Of a stretch of DNA of 41,223 nt, positions 19,086 through 29,541 are shown one piece after another. How positions within the stretch are numbered: the first letter of the stretch is position 1; the number at the start of each line of letters is the position of its first letter. The position numbers and the translations under genes were made by a program. This stretch comes from Chryseobacterium sp. (GTDB lineage: Bacteria; Bacteroidota; Bacteroidia; Flavobacteriales; Weeksellaceae). The stretch covers positions 1 through 41,223 of the forward strand of contig JADMKO010000024.1 in assembly GCA_015478785.1 (NCBI GenBank). Direction: 5' to 3'. The notes beneath the pieces were generated by a model that saw only the letters and a program-made list of their open reading frames with translations, was not told the origin of the DNA and did no database searches.

Positions 19086-21215
19086 TTAGTTTATTGATCC
19101 TGACATCATTTTTTCAAGAATTTCACAGGCAGATTTTGGCAGGTTAGTTCCTGGTCCGAAGATGAAATCTGCACCGTTTTGATATAAAAAATCATAATCC
19201 TGCTGAGGAATGACACCGCCAACAACGATGCTGATATCCTCTGCATCAAGCTTTTTCAGTTCCTCTACAACCTGAGGAACAAGTGTTTTGTGTCCGGCTG
19301 CAAGAGAAGAAATTCCCAGAATGTGAACATCATTTTCTACCGCTTGTTTTGCCACTTCTTCAGGAGTTTGAAAAAGAGGAGCTACATCCACATCGAAACC
19401 CATGTCTGCAAAAGCCGTTGCTACTACTTTGGCACCGCGGTCATGTCCGTCTTGGCCCATTTTGGCGACCATAATTCTTGGCCTTCTACCTTCAGATTCA
19501 TCAAATTTCTGAGTTAAAGTCACAGCTTTTTCAAAATATTCATTTTTGTTGGCATTCATCGCATATACACCTTGTATGGTTCTGATATTGGCTTTGTACC
19601 GCCCGAAACTTTCTTCTAGGGCATCGCTCATTTCGCCTAACGTAACTCTTCTTCTGGCTGCTTCAATGCAGATTTCCAGAAGATTTCCGCTTCCGGTTTC
19701 GGCTGCTTTTCTAAGTTGGTTCAAAATTTCTGCCGTTGCTTCAGCATTCCGTTCCGATTTTATTTTTTCAAGCCTTAAAATCTGTTTTCTCCGAACTTCA
19801 GAATTATCAATATCCAAAATATCAAATTCCGGCTGTTTCAATTGTGATTTAAAAGAATTGACTCCGATGATAAACTCTTCGCCACTATCAATTTTTGCCT
19901 GTTTCTTCGCTGCTGCTTCTTCAATTCTCATTTTGGGAATTCCTGCTTCGATGGCTTTTGTCATTCCGCCTTCCTGTTCAACTTCATCGATATATTTCAT
20001 CGCTTCATCGATCATCTGCTGGGTCAGGCTTTCTATCAAAGTGCTTCCACCCATTGGATCTACCACATTGCAAATTCCGCTTTCATGCTGAAGAATAATT
20101 TGTGTATTTCTCGCAATTTTCGCTGAATAATCGGTGGGAAGCGCAATGGCTTCATCTAAGGCATTCGTGTGGAGCGACTGTGTTCCGCCCAAAGCAGAAG
20201 ACAAGGCTTCAATGGTAGTTCTGGTAATATTATTAAAAGGTTCCTGCTCAGTTAAGCTCCAGCCCGAGGTTTGAGAATGGGTTCGCAAGGCTAAAGATTT
20301 CGGATTCTGAGGATTAAACTGAGTCAAAAGACGAGCCCAGATGTATCTTGCGGCACGCATTTTTGCAATTTCCATGAAATGATTCATCCCGATAGCCCAG
20401 AAAAACGATAAACGTGGAGCGAAATCATCAATGCTCATTCCTGCTTTAATTCCAGTTCTCACATACTCTAATCCGTCTGCCAAGGTATAAGCCATTTCCA
20501 GAACCGGAGTTGCACCCGCTTCCTGCATATGATACCCTGAAATAGAAATAGAATTGAATTTAGGAATATTTTTAGAAGAATATTCAAAGATATCTGCAAT
20601 GATTTTCATGGAAGGAGCAGGCGGATAAATGTAGGTGTTGCGCACCATGAATTCTTTCAGAATATCATTCTGTATAGTTCCGGAAAGTTTTTCCTGAGCA
20701 ACGCCCTGTTCCTCAGCAGCTACGATGTAAAAGGACAAAATAGGAAGAACGGCACCGTTCATCGTCATTGAAACTGAAATCTCATCCAAAGGAATTTCAT
20801 TGAACAAAATCTTCATATCTTCCACGGAATCAATGGCTACGCCGGCTTTTCCTACATCGCCAACTACTCTGGGATGATCAGAATCGTAACCGCGGTGTGT
20901 TGCCAGATCAAAAGCTACAGAAAGTCCTTTTTGTCCTGCAGCGAGGTTTCTTCTGTAAAATGCATTGGATTCTTCAGCAGTTGAAAAGCCCGCATATTGC
21001 CGGATAGTCCAAGGTTTTTGAACATACATGGTCGAATACGGCCCGCGAAGATAAGGAGCGATTCCCGCCTGAGTATTTAGTATATTACTGTCCTGAGTAT
21101 CTTTTGAAGTATAAGATGATTTCATTTCCAGGCCGTCTTTTTCAAAAAAATAAGGCTGTTTTTCTTCAAACGAGTGGATGAAATCTGGATGCTGATTCTG
21201 AATTTTTTGACGCAT
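19086..21215 (-). CDS. scpA: Methylmalonyl-CoA mutase (adenosylcobalamin-dependent)
   Basis: RGPYSTMY...[21 protein letters not shown]12-binding [10 protein letters not shown] and SSLAAGH. Confidence 0.97.
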   Translation of the reverse strand: MRQKIQNQHPDFIHSFEEKQPYFFEKDGLEMKSSYTSKDTQDSNILNTQAGIAPYLRGPYSTMYVQKPWTIRQYAGFSTAEESNAFYRRNLAAGQKGLSVAFDLATHRGYDSDHPRVVGDVGKAGVAIDSVEDMKILFNEIPLDEISVSMTMNGAVLPILSFYIVAAEEQGVAQEKLSGTIQNDILKEFMVRNTYIYPPAPSMKIIADIFEYSSKNIPKFNSISISGYHMQEAGATPVLEMAYTLADGLEYVRTGIKAGMSIDDFAPRLSFFWAIGMNHFMEIAKMRAARYIWARLLTQFNPQNPKSLALRTHSQTSGWSLTEQEPFNNITRTTIEALSSALGGTQSLHTNALDEAIALPTDYSAKIARNTQIILQHESGICNVVDPMGGSTLIESLTQQMIDEAMKYIDEVEQEGGMTKAIEAGIPKMRIEEAAAKKQAKIDSGEEFIIGVNSFKSQLKQPEFDILDIDNSEVRRKQILRLEKIKSERNAEATAEILNQLRKAAETGSGNLLEICIEAARRRVTLGEMSDALEESFGRYKANIRTIQGVYAMNANKNEYFEKAVTLTQKFDESEGRRPRIMVAKMGQDGHDRGAKVVATAFADMGFDVDVAPLFQTPEEVAKQAVENDVHILGISSLAAGHKTLVPQVVEELKKLDAEDISIVVGGVIPQQDYDFLYQNGADFIFGPGTNLPKSACEILEKMMSGSIN

Positions 21216-21282
21216 TTCTTTGATAATTGCTAAAGGCAGTAAAGTTAAGGTTTTTTTAGAGCTTGTTTAATTGTGTCTGGAT

Positions 21283-21579
21283 TTACTTTACGGTATCTTT
21301 ATTTCTGTTCGTACTTTTATTAAGATCTTTTTCGGCTTTATCGACTTCCTCCTTTATTTTTTTTCCTGCGTGTTCCAGAGCTTTTCCGGTTTTCTTCGCA
21401 GCCTTATTCACGCCTTCTTTCACATTTTGAGCTGTTGAGTCAATCTGTTCTTCATCGAAACCTACTTTCTCTATCGTTGTAATTTCGCCCTCATCATTTA
21501 CGGTGGTTGTGGTTTTCTTCTCACAGGAAATAAACAAAACAGCAGACAGAAGTGTTATATAAACGAAAGGTTTTTTCAT
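21283..21579 (-). CDS. Small lipoprotein, helical low-complexity
   Basis: MKKPFVYITLLSAVLFISC lipobox; TATATTTG at 21601..21608 supports the ATG at 21579. Confidence 0.8.
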   Translation of the reverse strand: MKKPFVYITLLSAVLFISCEKKTTTTVNDEGEITTIEKVGFDEEQIDSTAQNVKEGVNKAAKKTGKALEHAGKKIKEEVDKAEKDLNKSTNRNKDTVK

Positions 21580-21610
21580 GTTTTGAATTTTAGATTTTAA
21601 CAAATATATA

Positions 21611-21646
21611 AAATAAAAAAACTCATAACCGATAAGGTTATGAGTT
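21611..21646 (-). terminator. Intrinsic terminator after the 21668..21952 lipoprotein gene
   Basis: 11-bp stem aactcataacc/ggttatgagtt with a T-tract on the minus strand. Confidence 0.85.
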
Positions 21647-21667
21647 CAGAATGATTTTTAAAAATCA

Positions 21668-21952
21668 TTATCTTGTGATATCGCCATCACCGTCTGTGGC
21701 ATCATTGGCAGCGTCTTTCACTTCATTGGCACCATCCCGGATGGTATTTCCTGCAGCATCCATTGTGTTTTCGGCCGCGTTGCCCAAAGAATCTGTGATA
21801 GGCAAAGAATCATCATCAACAATGATGGCAGCAGAATCTCCGATGATTATTGCTGAATCATCATGAACGTCAGAAGCTGTGGCTTCAGTCTTTTTACACG
21901 AAACAAGTGATACGGCGGCGATGGCACCGATGATAAAAATTGACTTTTTCAT
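21668..21952 (-). CDS. Small acidic lipoprotein, low-complexity
   Basis: MKKSIFIIGAIAAVSLVSC lipobox; D/A-rich mature part. Confidence 0.82.
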   Translation of the reverse strand: MKKSIFIIGAIAAVSLVSCKKTEATASDVHDDSAIIIGDSAAIIVDDDSLPITDSLGNAAENTMDAAGNTIRDGANEVKDAANDATDGDGDITR

Positions 21953-22017
21953 AAAATTGTAATTTAAGTGATTAATAATAATTTGGTAAATATACATATT
22001 TATGCTACAAAGAATGT

Positions 22018-23103
22018 TTAATAATTTTCCTCTTCTCCTTTCATCTTTTCCGCATTTTCCGCCATGATAACTGCGTCAATCATCTCCTGAATTTCACCGT
22101 TCATATAAGCATCCAGGTTGTAAATAGACTTGTTGATGCGGTGATCCGTGACTCTTCCCTGAGGATAATTGTATGTTTTTATTTTCGCCGAACGGTCGCC
22201 GGTAGAAACCATAGATTTTCTTTGTGCTGCTACATCTCCCTGCACTTTCTGGAGTTCAATATCATAAAGTTTTGCACGAAGCATTTCCATTGCCAATTCT
22301 CTGTTGGCCAACTGCGAACGTGCCTGCTGACAAACCACGACAAGGCCTGAAGGTTTATGCGTAAGCTGAACTTTGGTTTCTACTTTATTTACGTTCTGTC
22401 CTCCTGCTCCTCCTGAACGCGAAGTCTGCATTTCAATATCGGCCGGATTTATTTCTACATCTACTTCTTCAGCTTCCGGAAGTACAGCAACCGTGATGGC
22501 AGAAGTATGAACTCTTCCCTGAGATTCAGTTTCCGGAACACGCTGCACCCGGTGAACGCCCGATTCAAACTTCATAATTCCATAGACGCCTTCGCCTTCT
22601 ATTTTCATAATAAGTTCCTTATAGCCTTTGGCAGCCTCGTTGGAATCTGTAATTTCATGTCGCCAGCCTTTGTTTTTAAAATACATGGAATACATTCTGT
22701 AAATATCTTCCACGAAAATGGCCGCTTCGTCGCCGCCGGTTCCTGCTCGCAGTTCTACAATGACGTTTTTGTCATCCGTCGGATCTTTCGGTATCAACAA
22801 TACTTTCAGTTCTTCCTCCAGTGCCGGAATTTTTTCCTGAGCTTCCATTTTTTCCGCTTTTGCCAGATCTACAAAATCTTTATCAGAACCGTCTGCGATA
22901 ATTTCGTCGGACTCGGAGATGGTATCTAAAGCGGCTTTATACTGATTGTACACCTTCACGATCTTTCCCAAGTCGCTGTATTCCTTATTCAGTTGCGAAT
23001 ATTTTTTCTGATCTGTAATGACATCCGGCTGAATGATGAGATCTGCTACTTCATTGTAGCGCTGTTTTATCGCTTCGAGCTTCGGAATTAATGATTTTGA
23101 CAT
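22018..23103 (-). CDS. prfA: Peptide chain release factor 1
   Basis: [20 protein letters not shown] (PxT motif), [10 protein letters not shown]; TATCTTTG promoter element at 23123..23130. Confidence 0.98.
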   Translation of the reverse strand: MSKSLIPKLEAIKQRYNEVADLIIQPDVITDQKKYSQLNKEYSDLGKIVKVYNQYKAALDTISESDEIIADGSDKDFVDLAKAEKMEAQEKIPALEEELKVLLIPKDPTDDKNVIVELRAGTGGDEAAIFVEDIYRMYSMYFKNKGWRHEITDSNEAAKGYKELIMKIEGEGVYGIMKFESGVHRVQRVPETESQGRVHTSAITVAVLPEAEEVDVEINPADIEMQTSRSGGAGGQNVNKVETKVQLTHKPSGLVVVCQQARSQLANRELAMEMLRAKLYDIELQKVQGDVAAQRKSMVSTGDRSAKIKTYNYPQGRVTDHRINKSIYNLDAYMNGEIQEMIDAVIMAENAEKMKGEEENY

Positions 23104-23269
23104 ACTGGGAATTTTGTGGTGGCAAAGATAAGGAAAAGTTGGAAGTCTCTTTTTCGGAAAACGTATTTCGCTTACATAATTTCTTGGTTGTATTTTAATT
23201 TTTTAATGTTATTGTTACAGCCGATAATTAAAGCTTAATTTTATAGACTTAATTTTTAAACCGATTAAA

Positions 23270-23776
23270 ATGAAATTATCAACATTTTGCATCTTGGCAG
23301 CCGGAAGTATTTTCGCTGCATCGTGCAGCACGACCAAAACGTATTCCATTCATTCAAAAAGTGGATCGCAGGTACAGGGAACTGCGAAGTTCACCCAAAA
23401 AGGGAACACTGTAGAACTGGATTTGAATGTTTATAAACTGAGCCCAAACGGAATTCACGCCGCACATATTCACGAGAAAGGAGATTGTTCGGCAACAGAC
23501 GGTAGTTCGGCAGGAGGACACTGGAATCCAACTTCACACGATCATGGAAAATGGGGACACGGAAGCCATCACGCAGGTGATCTCGGAAACCTGAAGGCGG
23601 ATGCCAACGGAACTGGCAGATTGGTAATGAGTACGGATAAATGGTGTCTGGGTTGTAGCGATGAAACCAAAAATATCTATGGAAAGTCTATTATTATTCA
23701 TGAAAAAGAAGATGATTTCAAAACACAGCCTACCGGAAACGCAGGCGGAAGAATTGGATGTGTTGAAATAAAATAA
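23270..23776 (+). CDS. sodC: Cu/Zn superoxide dismutase, lipoprotein
   Basis: Lipobox AASC; HIH, GGHWNP, HHAGDLGN, IIIH, GNAGGRIGC ligand motifs. Confidence 0.93.
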   Translation: MKLSTFCILAAGSIFAASCSTTKTYSIHSKSGSQVQGTAKFTQKGNTVELDLNVYKLSPNGIHAAHIHEKGDCSATDGSSAGGHWNPTSHDHGKWGHGSHHAGDLGNLKADANGTGRLVMSTDKWCLGCSDETKNIYGKSIIIHEKEDDFKTQPTGNAGGRIGCVEIK

Positions 23777-23795
23777 TTCTGCTCATTCAGAAAAT

Positions 23796-23832
23796 AAAAA
23801 TCCGCTTTGTTTTTATGCAAAGCGGATTTTTT
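23796..23832. terminator. Bidirectional intrinsic terminator between sodC and the S41 protease
   Basis: 14-bp stem aaaaatccgctttg/caaagcggattttt between convergent genes. Confidence 0.9.
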
Positions 23833-23834
23833 CG

Positions 23835-25952
23835 TTATATTTCGTTTATGATATTTACAGCTTCCTGCAGGTAAACATCCCTTTCCAAGCGTTTGATCCA
23901 GTTTTCGTTTTTCTTTTTAAAGGCTTCGTCTTTTTTCTCTCGCTGAATTTCATCAGGATAGATATTGAACTTTAATCCGTTTCTAAACTTATTCAAAGCT
24001 TCAAATTTTTTGATTTGATCTTTTCTTTGTTTCATCAGCTCAAAAAACTTAGTTTGGTTCAGTGGAATGGATTCTTCTTTATTCATGTTTTCTTTCCACT
24101 GAGCGGATTCCAGAAGCAACTGATAATTGGTATTGTTCTTCATTCTCTGTTCGCTGCTTTTTCTGAGGTCTTCCACATTCACCATTTTCACGGGAGTGAA
24201 CTGTGCTGCAGGAATTTTGTCCCAAGCCAGCGCATAGTCATCATAACGCTCGCCAATTTCAGAAAAGGTATAGAAATCTTTCATTTCAATATCTGAAACA
24301 ATTCCTTTTTTCTGTGTCGATTCACCCGTGACGCGATAAAACTTCTGAATCGTAAGTTTTACAGAACCGAAATCATCATTGGTACTTAAAAATCGGTTGA
24401 GGTCAATGAAAGTTTGTACAGTTCCTTTTCCAAAAGATTGTGGAGATCCTACGACAACAGCTCTTCCGTAATCCTGCATTGCTCCGGCCAGAATTTCTGA
24501 TGCAGATGCGGAAAGTTCGTTTTGCATTATGACCAATGGACCTGTCCACAGCGGATTATTATTTTTATTTTTTAAAGTCTGAATTTTCCCCTGAGTATCT
24601 TTTACTTGAACATATGGTCCTGCATTCATGAAAAGTCCCATAATATCGCCCACTTCAGTAAGAGATCCGCCGCCGTTGTTTCTTAAATCCAGAATAATTC
24701 CCTGAACATTCTGGGCTTTCAGTTTTATGATTTCTGCTTTCACATCATCGGAAGCATTGCGCCCGTCCGATTTATCGAATTCGGCATTAAAACTCGGAAG
24801 ATTGATGAATCCGAATTTTTTGCCATCCGGAGAATCGACGATGATACTTCTGGCATATGTGTCTTCCATGGCGACTTCTTCTCGGATCATGGTAACTTCC
24901 TGTATCGTTTTGTCTTTCTTTTCCACAGTTAAAGTGACCGCCATGCCTTCTTTCCCGCGAATGAGCCGAACTGCCTCGTCCGAAAGCATTCCTACTACAT
25001 TCACCGCTTCTTTATTGGGCAAAGACTTTACTTTTATTATTTTATCGCCCTCAGAAAGCTGTTTTGATTTCCAGGCAGGAGCTCCAATCGTAAGCGGGCC
25101 TAAAAATAAATTTCCTTTTTTCTCCTGAATAATCGCACCGATACCAATAACTTTTCCGGTGAAATTAACATCAAAATCTTCTTTGTTTCGGGGAGAAAAA
25201 TAGCTGGTATGCGGATCGAAAACTTCAGAATAAGCGTTCATATACACCGTGAACCAATCCATTTTTTTTCTTTTTTTGAAACGGGTAAAAGTTTCACCCA
25301 TATAATCTTTCACTTCATCTCGCGCTTTGGTGAATTTTTGTTCGGGTGTCAGAATTTCCAGTTTGATGGTGTCCTGCAAACCGTGTTTCTGAACACTGTC
25401 TTTCTTCTTGCGTTGTGCTTCTTCACGGCTGTTCAGGGTTTCAATTTCCTGAAGAATGTTGTATTTAATGAATTTTTTCCAGTCATTGTATTGTTCCTGT
25501 TTATTGGCTGGAGATGTTTTCACTTTATGTTCCAGAATCAGGGTTTCTTCTTCATTAAGATCAATAGGCTTGCTGAAAATATCTTTTGAGATTTGATCTG
25601 CATCATCCACTCGTTGATACAAACGATCAACAGTGAGTTTATAAAAGGTAAGTTCGCCTCTGTTCAGATAATCGTCAAGCTTGGTTTTGTGTTTGCTGAA
25701 TTCTTCCATATCCGACTGCAAGAAATATCTTTTCCCGAAATCGATCATTTCAAAATACTTATCATACACCTGTTGCGAATAGGCATCATTTATTGGTTTC
25801 GGGCTGTAATGAAGGTAAGAGAGCGTATTTTTGACACTTACCATGATGGTTTGCATTTTTTCATCATCATTTTGCGGAGCATTGAAGCAAAACATCAGAC
25901 TCATTAAAGGGATGAAAAGCAGCAACGTATTGAGCTTAAATTTTTTAAACAT
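23835..25952 (-). CDS. Carboxy-terminal processing protease (S41A, Prc/Tsp-like)
   Basis: DPHTSYF, PDZ GIGA, DLRNNGGG, SASASEI, SFGKGTVQ. Confidence 0.94.
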   Translation of the reverse strand: MFKKFKLNTLLLFIPLMSLMFCFNAPQNDDEKMQTIMVSVKNTLSYLHYSPKPINDAYSQQVYDKYFEMIDFGKRYFLQSDMEEFSKHKTKLDDYLNRGELTFYKLTVDRLYQRVDDADQISKDIFSKPIDLNEEETLILEHKVKTSPANKQEQYNDWKKFIKYNILQEIETLNSREEAQRKKKDSVQKHGLQDTIKLEILTPEQKFTKARDEVKDYMGETFTRFKKRKKMDWFTVYMNAYSEVFDPHTSYFSPRNKEDFDVNFTGKVIGIGAIIQEKKGNLFLGPLTIGAPAWKSKQLSEGDKIIKVKSLPNKEAVNVVGMLSDEAVRLIRGKEGMAVTLTVEKKDKTIQEVTMIREEVAMEDTYARSIIVDSPDGKKFGFINLPSFNAEFDKSDGRNASDDVKAEIIKLKAQNVQGIILDLRNNGGGSLTEVGDIMGLFMNAGPYVQVKDTQGKIQTLKNKNNNPLWTGPLVIMQNELSASASEILAGAMQDYGRAVVVGSPQSFGKGTVQTFIDLNRFLSTNDDFGSVKLTIQKFYRVTGESTQKKGIVSDIEMKDFYTFSEIGERYDDYALAWDKIPAAQFTPVKMVNVEDLRKSSEQRMKNNTNYQLLLESAQWKENMNKEESIPLNQTKFFELMKQRKDQIKKFEALNKFRNGLKFNIYPDEIQREKKDEAFKKKNENWIKRLERDVYLQEAVNIINEI

Positions 25953-26085
25953 ATTTGGTTTCTTGTCTTTTTATTAGTAAAGAATTAGGCGCGTTTGTTA
26001 CGAGCGCCTACAGAACTTCAAATTTAGTACCTAATTTATAATTGCCGCCTTTTTTTTCATTATTTTTGTTGAAAATCAATTTAAA

Positions 26086-26853
26086 ATGCAAAAACCCCTT
26101 ATATTGGTTACCAATGATGATGGTATTACGGCTCCGGGCGTTCGGAATCTGGTAGAATTTATGAACGAAATAGGCGAAGTTGTCGTAGTGGCACCCAATT
26201 CGCCGCAGAGCGGAAAAGGTCACGCGATTACCATCAACTCTACTTTAACTTTTGAAGAAATATCGCTGGAAGGGCCACAGTCCGATTATTCGCTGAGCGG
26301 AACTCCTGTAGATTGTGTGAAATTTGCGCTGGATAAAATCCTGACCAGAAAGCCGGATATTGTGGTTTCGGGGATTAATCATGGTGCGAATTCTTCCATC
26401 AATGTGATTTATTCCGGAACAATGTCTGCTGCTGTAGAAGCCGGCGTGGAAGGTCTTCAGGCAATTGGTTTTTCACTTTTAGATTTCAGTTGGGACGCAG
26501 ATTTCGGGCAGGCCAAGGAATTTATTCAGGAAATTGTACTGAAAACTTTAGAAAATCCATTGCCAAAAGGTGTTGTGCTGAATGTGAATATTCCAAAACT
26601 GGAAAAAGACAAAATAAAAGGAATAAAAGTCTGTCGCCAGGCGCACGCTAAATGGGAAGAAAGTTTTGATGAAAGAATCAATCCGCATGGTAAAAAATAT
26701 TTCTGGCTCACAGGATATTTCAATAATATGGACAGCGGAAACGATGCCGACGAAACGGCCTTGGCAGACGGATTTATCTCCGTAGTTCCTGTTAAGTTTG
26801 ATCTCACAGCACATGAACATCTGGAGCAGATCGCAGCAGTTTTAAATACTTGA
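26086..26853 (+). CDS. surE: 5'/3'-nucleotidase SurE
   Basis: LVTNDDG, SGTPVDCV, SGINHGAN, YSGT. Confidence 0.97.
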   Translation: MQKPLILVTNDDGITAPGVRNLVEFMNEIGEVVVVAPNSPQSGKGHAITINSTLTFEEISLEGPQSDYSLSGTPVDCVKFALDKILTRKPDIVVSGINHGANSSINVIYSGTMSAAVEAGVEGLQAIGFSLLDFSWDADFGQAKEFIQEIVLKTLENPLPKGVVLNVNIPKLEKDKIKGIKVCRQAHAKWEESFDERINPHGKKYFWLTGYFNNMDSGNDADETALADGFISVVPVKFDLTAHEHLEQIAAVLNT

Positions 26854-26860
26854 TCGCATC

Positions 26861-26888
26861 AAAAAAGTCCCGGAATTTCGGGACTTTT
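26861..26888. terminator. Bidirectional intrinsic terminator between surE and lon
   Basis: 10-bp stem aaaagtcccg/cgggactttt between convergent genes. Confidence 0.88.
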
Positions 26889-26890
26889 CG

Positions 26891-29293
26891 TTATTTTTCA
26901 ATGGCTAAATCGATCACTTCTTTCATTCGGGTGACATAATTTATTTTCAAACCTTTCAGATAATCTTTCTTTATCTCTTCCACATCTTTTTTGTTGGCTT
27001 CACTAAGGATAATTTCCTGGATTCCAGCGCGTGATGCTGCCAGAAGTTTCTCTTTTATTCCGCCAACAGGAAGCACCTTACCGCGAAGGGTAATTTCTCC
27101 TGTCATCGCAAGATGAGGTTTTACTTTTTTGTTTTTATAGCTGGAAACCATCGAAGTCAGCATCGCAATTCCTGCGGAAGGGCCGTCTTTAGGCGTTGCA
27201 CCTTCGGGAACGTGTACGTGAATATTTTTTTTCTCAATATCTTCCTCGGAAATTCCCAGTTCGCCGTATTTTGCTTTGATGTATTCCAGAGCGATAGTAG
27301 CAGATTCTTTCATTACATTCCCGAGATTTCCAGTCATCGTAAGATTTCCTTTTCCGTTGCTGAGGATACTTTCAATAAAAAGAATATCGCCGCCTACTGA
27401 TGTCCAGGCTAATCCTGTCACCACACCCGGAACTCCTGTGATTTCCGAGATACTTTTAGGTCTTGGAATTCCTAAAATTTCATCAATCTTGTCAATGGTA
27501 ATTTTCGGGTCATATTCTTTTTCCATGGCGGTTTGCAATGCTACCCAACGTGAGATGGAAGCGATACGTTTTTCCAGAGATCGCACGCCGCTTTCAGAAG
27601 TGTGCGCTTCTATGATATGTCTTATTTCGGGATTTCCGAGTTTGTAAGATTTTGTATTTAAACCGTTTTCATCCAATTGCTTTTTGATGAGATGCCGTTT
27701 GGCGATTTCAATTTTTTCTTCCAAAGTATATCCTGCAATCTGAATTACTTCCATCCTATCCAGCAAAGGAGATTGTATAGAAGACAGCGAATTGGCTGTT
27801 GCAATGAACATTACCCGCGACAAATCGAAACCGTACTCCAGATAATTGTCGTAAAAGTTGTGGTTCTGTTCAGGATCAAGCACTTCCAGTAATGCCGAGC
27901 TTGGATCTCCGTGAATTCCCTGTCCGATTTTGTCGATTTCGTCCAGAACAATCACAGGATTCGAAGTTCCAGATTTTTTAATGGATTGCAGAATTCTGCC
28001 GGCCATGGCTCCGATATAGGTCTTTCGGTGGCCACGAATTTCGCTTTCGTCGTGAAGGCCGCCTAATGATACTCTCACGTATTTCCTGCCCAATGCATCG
28101 GCTACGGATTTTCCCAAAGAAGTTTTTCCTACTCCTGGAGGGCCTGCCAAACAGAGAATTGGAGACTTCATATTGTTTTTCAGCTTCAGAACAGCCATGT
28201 GCTCCAGAATTCTTTTTTTAATATCTTCTAATCCGAAGTGTGCTTTGTTGAGAGTTTTCTCCGCTTTTACGATATCGAAAACATCTTTGGAATAAATTCC
28301 CCACGGAAGATCGGTGAAAAAATCAAGATAATTTCGTTGAACATTATAGTCCGGAGAGTTGGGATGCTGTCTTTGAAGCCGGCTCAGTTCTTTATCAAAA
28401 TGTTCCTGAACTTCTGCATTCCACGTGAGTTTTTCAGCTTTTTTACGAAGCTCATCAGCGTCTGATTCCGCACCGCTGCCCAGTTCGTCCTGAATGGTTT
28501 TCAGTTGTTGGTTCAGGAAATATTCTCTCTGTTGCTTGTCCAGATCTTTGGATGTTTTCTGATGAATCAGGTTTCTAAGTTCCAGTTTTCTGAAATCATC
28601 ATGCATCAACTGATAACATTTTTCTGCTCTTTTCTGAAGGTGTCTTTCTTCCAGCAATGCTTGTTTGGAAGCGATATCAAAATTCGCATTGGAACAGATG
28701 AAATTCAGCAAATCTTCTGGTTGCGAAATATTTTTAATAGCAAAATTTGCTGCGTTGGGAATATTGGGATCGATGTTGATGATTTTTCCCGCAAGATCTT
28801 TGATGTTTTCCATCAAAGCTTCAAATTCTTCACTTTTTGGAAGAGTGTCTTTCAGTTTTGCAATTTCAGCTTTGAAATAGGGTTCATGCTGTATCATTTT
28901 TTTCACCCGAAATCTTCCGAAACCTTTCATAATTGCGGTAACATTTCCTTCAGGTAATTTGATGATTTTCACAATTTTCGCATACGTTCCTACGGTGTAT
29001 AAATCTTTTTCAAAAGGCTGTTCGATATTGGAATTTTTCTGACTGATAATGCCGATAAATTCACCGTTTCTCTGCGCTTCTTCTATCAACCGGATGGAAT
29101 TTTTTCTGCCTGCAGTAATGGGAGTAATTACTTGTGGAAACATGATCATATTCCGTACCGGAAGAATGGGAAATACTTTTTGGACCGTATTCTTAGCGGT
29201 TTCTTTGATATCATCAACATTTAATTCTTCCGTTACCATACCAAAACTCTCATTCAGTATGTTTTCAAAATCTATCTCTTCAAATTCTTCCAT
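26891..29293 (-). CDS. lon: ATP-dependent Lon protease
   Basis: GPPGVGKTS, LDEIDK, TGLAWT, PKDGPSAG, GGIKEK; ATG at 29293 preferred over the TTG at 29311. Confidence 0.98.
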   Translation of the reverse strand: MEEFEEIDFENILNESFGMVTEELNVDDIKETAKNTVQKVFPILPVRNMIMFPQVITPITAGRKNSIRLIEEAQRNGEFIGIISQKNSNIEQPFEKDLYTVGTYAKIVKIIKLPEGNVTAIMKGFGRFRVKKMIQHEPYFKAEIAKLKDTLPKSEEFEALMENIKDLAGKIINIDPNIPNAANFAIKNISQPEDLLNFICSNANFDIASKQALLEERHLQKRAEKCYQLMHDDFRKLELRNLIHQKTSKDLDKQQREYFLNQQLKTIQDELGSGAESDADELRKKAEKLTWNAEVQEHFDKELSRLQRQHPNSPDYNVQRNYLDFFTDLPWGIYSKDVFDIVKAEKTLNKAHFGLEDIKKRILEHMAVLKLKNNMKSPILCLAGPPGVGKTSLGKSVADALGRKYVRVSLGGLHDESEIRGHRKTYIGAMAGRILQSIKKSGTSNPVIVLDEIDKIGQGIHGDPSSALLEVLDPEQNHNFYDNYLEYGFDLSRVMFIATANSLSSIQSPLLDRMEVIQIAGYTLEEKIEIAKRHLIKKQLDENGLNTKSYKLGNPEIRHIIEAHTSESGVRSLEKRIASISRWVALQTAMEKEYDPKITIDKIDEILGIPRPKSISEITGVPGVVTGLAWTSVGGDILFIESILSNGKGNLTMTGNLGNVMKESATIALEYIKAKYGELGISEEDIEKKNIHVHVPEGATPKDGPSAGIAMLTSMVSSYKNKKVKPHLAMTGEITLRGKVLPVGGIKEKLLAASRAGIQEIILSEANKKDVEEIKKDYLKGLKINYVTRMKEVIDLAIEK

Positions 29294-29304
29294 ATAAAAA
29301 GGGG

Positions 29305-29319
29305 GTGACAAACTGTCAC
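29305..29319. promoter_or_regulatory. Palindromic operator-like site GTGACA-AAC-TGTCAC upstream of lon
   Basis: Perfect 6-3-6 palindrome 11 nt before the lon ATG; extra TGTCA half-sites at 29340 and 29379; degenerate copy at 29434..29446. Confidence 0.6.
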
Positions 29320-29397
29320 GGTTTAATTTAATTTGTGCTTGTCATGGTTTTAATGCCCATGGAAAGTGCTTTTATTGCTGTCAGTAAGGGGGAATTC

Positions 29398-29412
29398 TCA
29401 ATTCCTGTGCCA
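29398..29412 (-). promoter_or_regulatory. Putative sigma54 -24/-12 promoter for lon
   Basis: Minus strand TGGCACAGGAATTGA versus consensus TGGCAC-N5-TTGC. Confidence 0.6.
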
Positions 29413-29541
29413 TTGTTATTTTTATAAAAAAGAGGACAGATTTTCATTAAACAGCTAAGAACAAATAAAAATAGATTCAAATTTTCTATAATTTCCTAAA
29501 AATGTGTATTTTCGCAGACTGATAAAAATACGTAATAAAAG

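Noticed and set aside
21216-21282. Possible cobalamin riboswitch upstream of methylmalonyl-CoA mutase
   Set aside because: Only 67 nt, AT-rich, no B12-box or structure.
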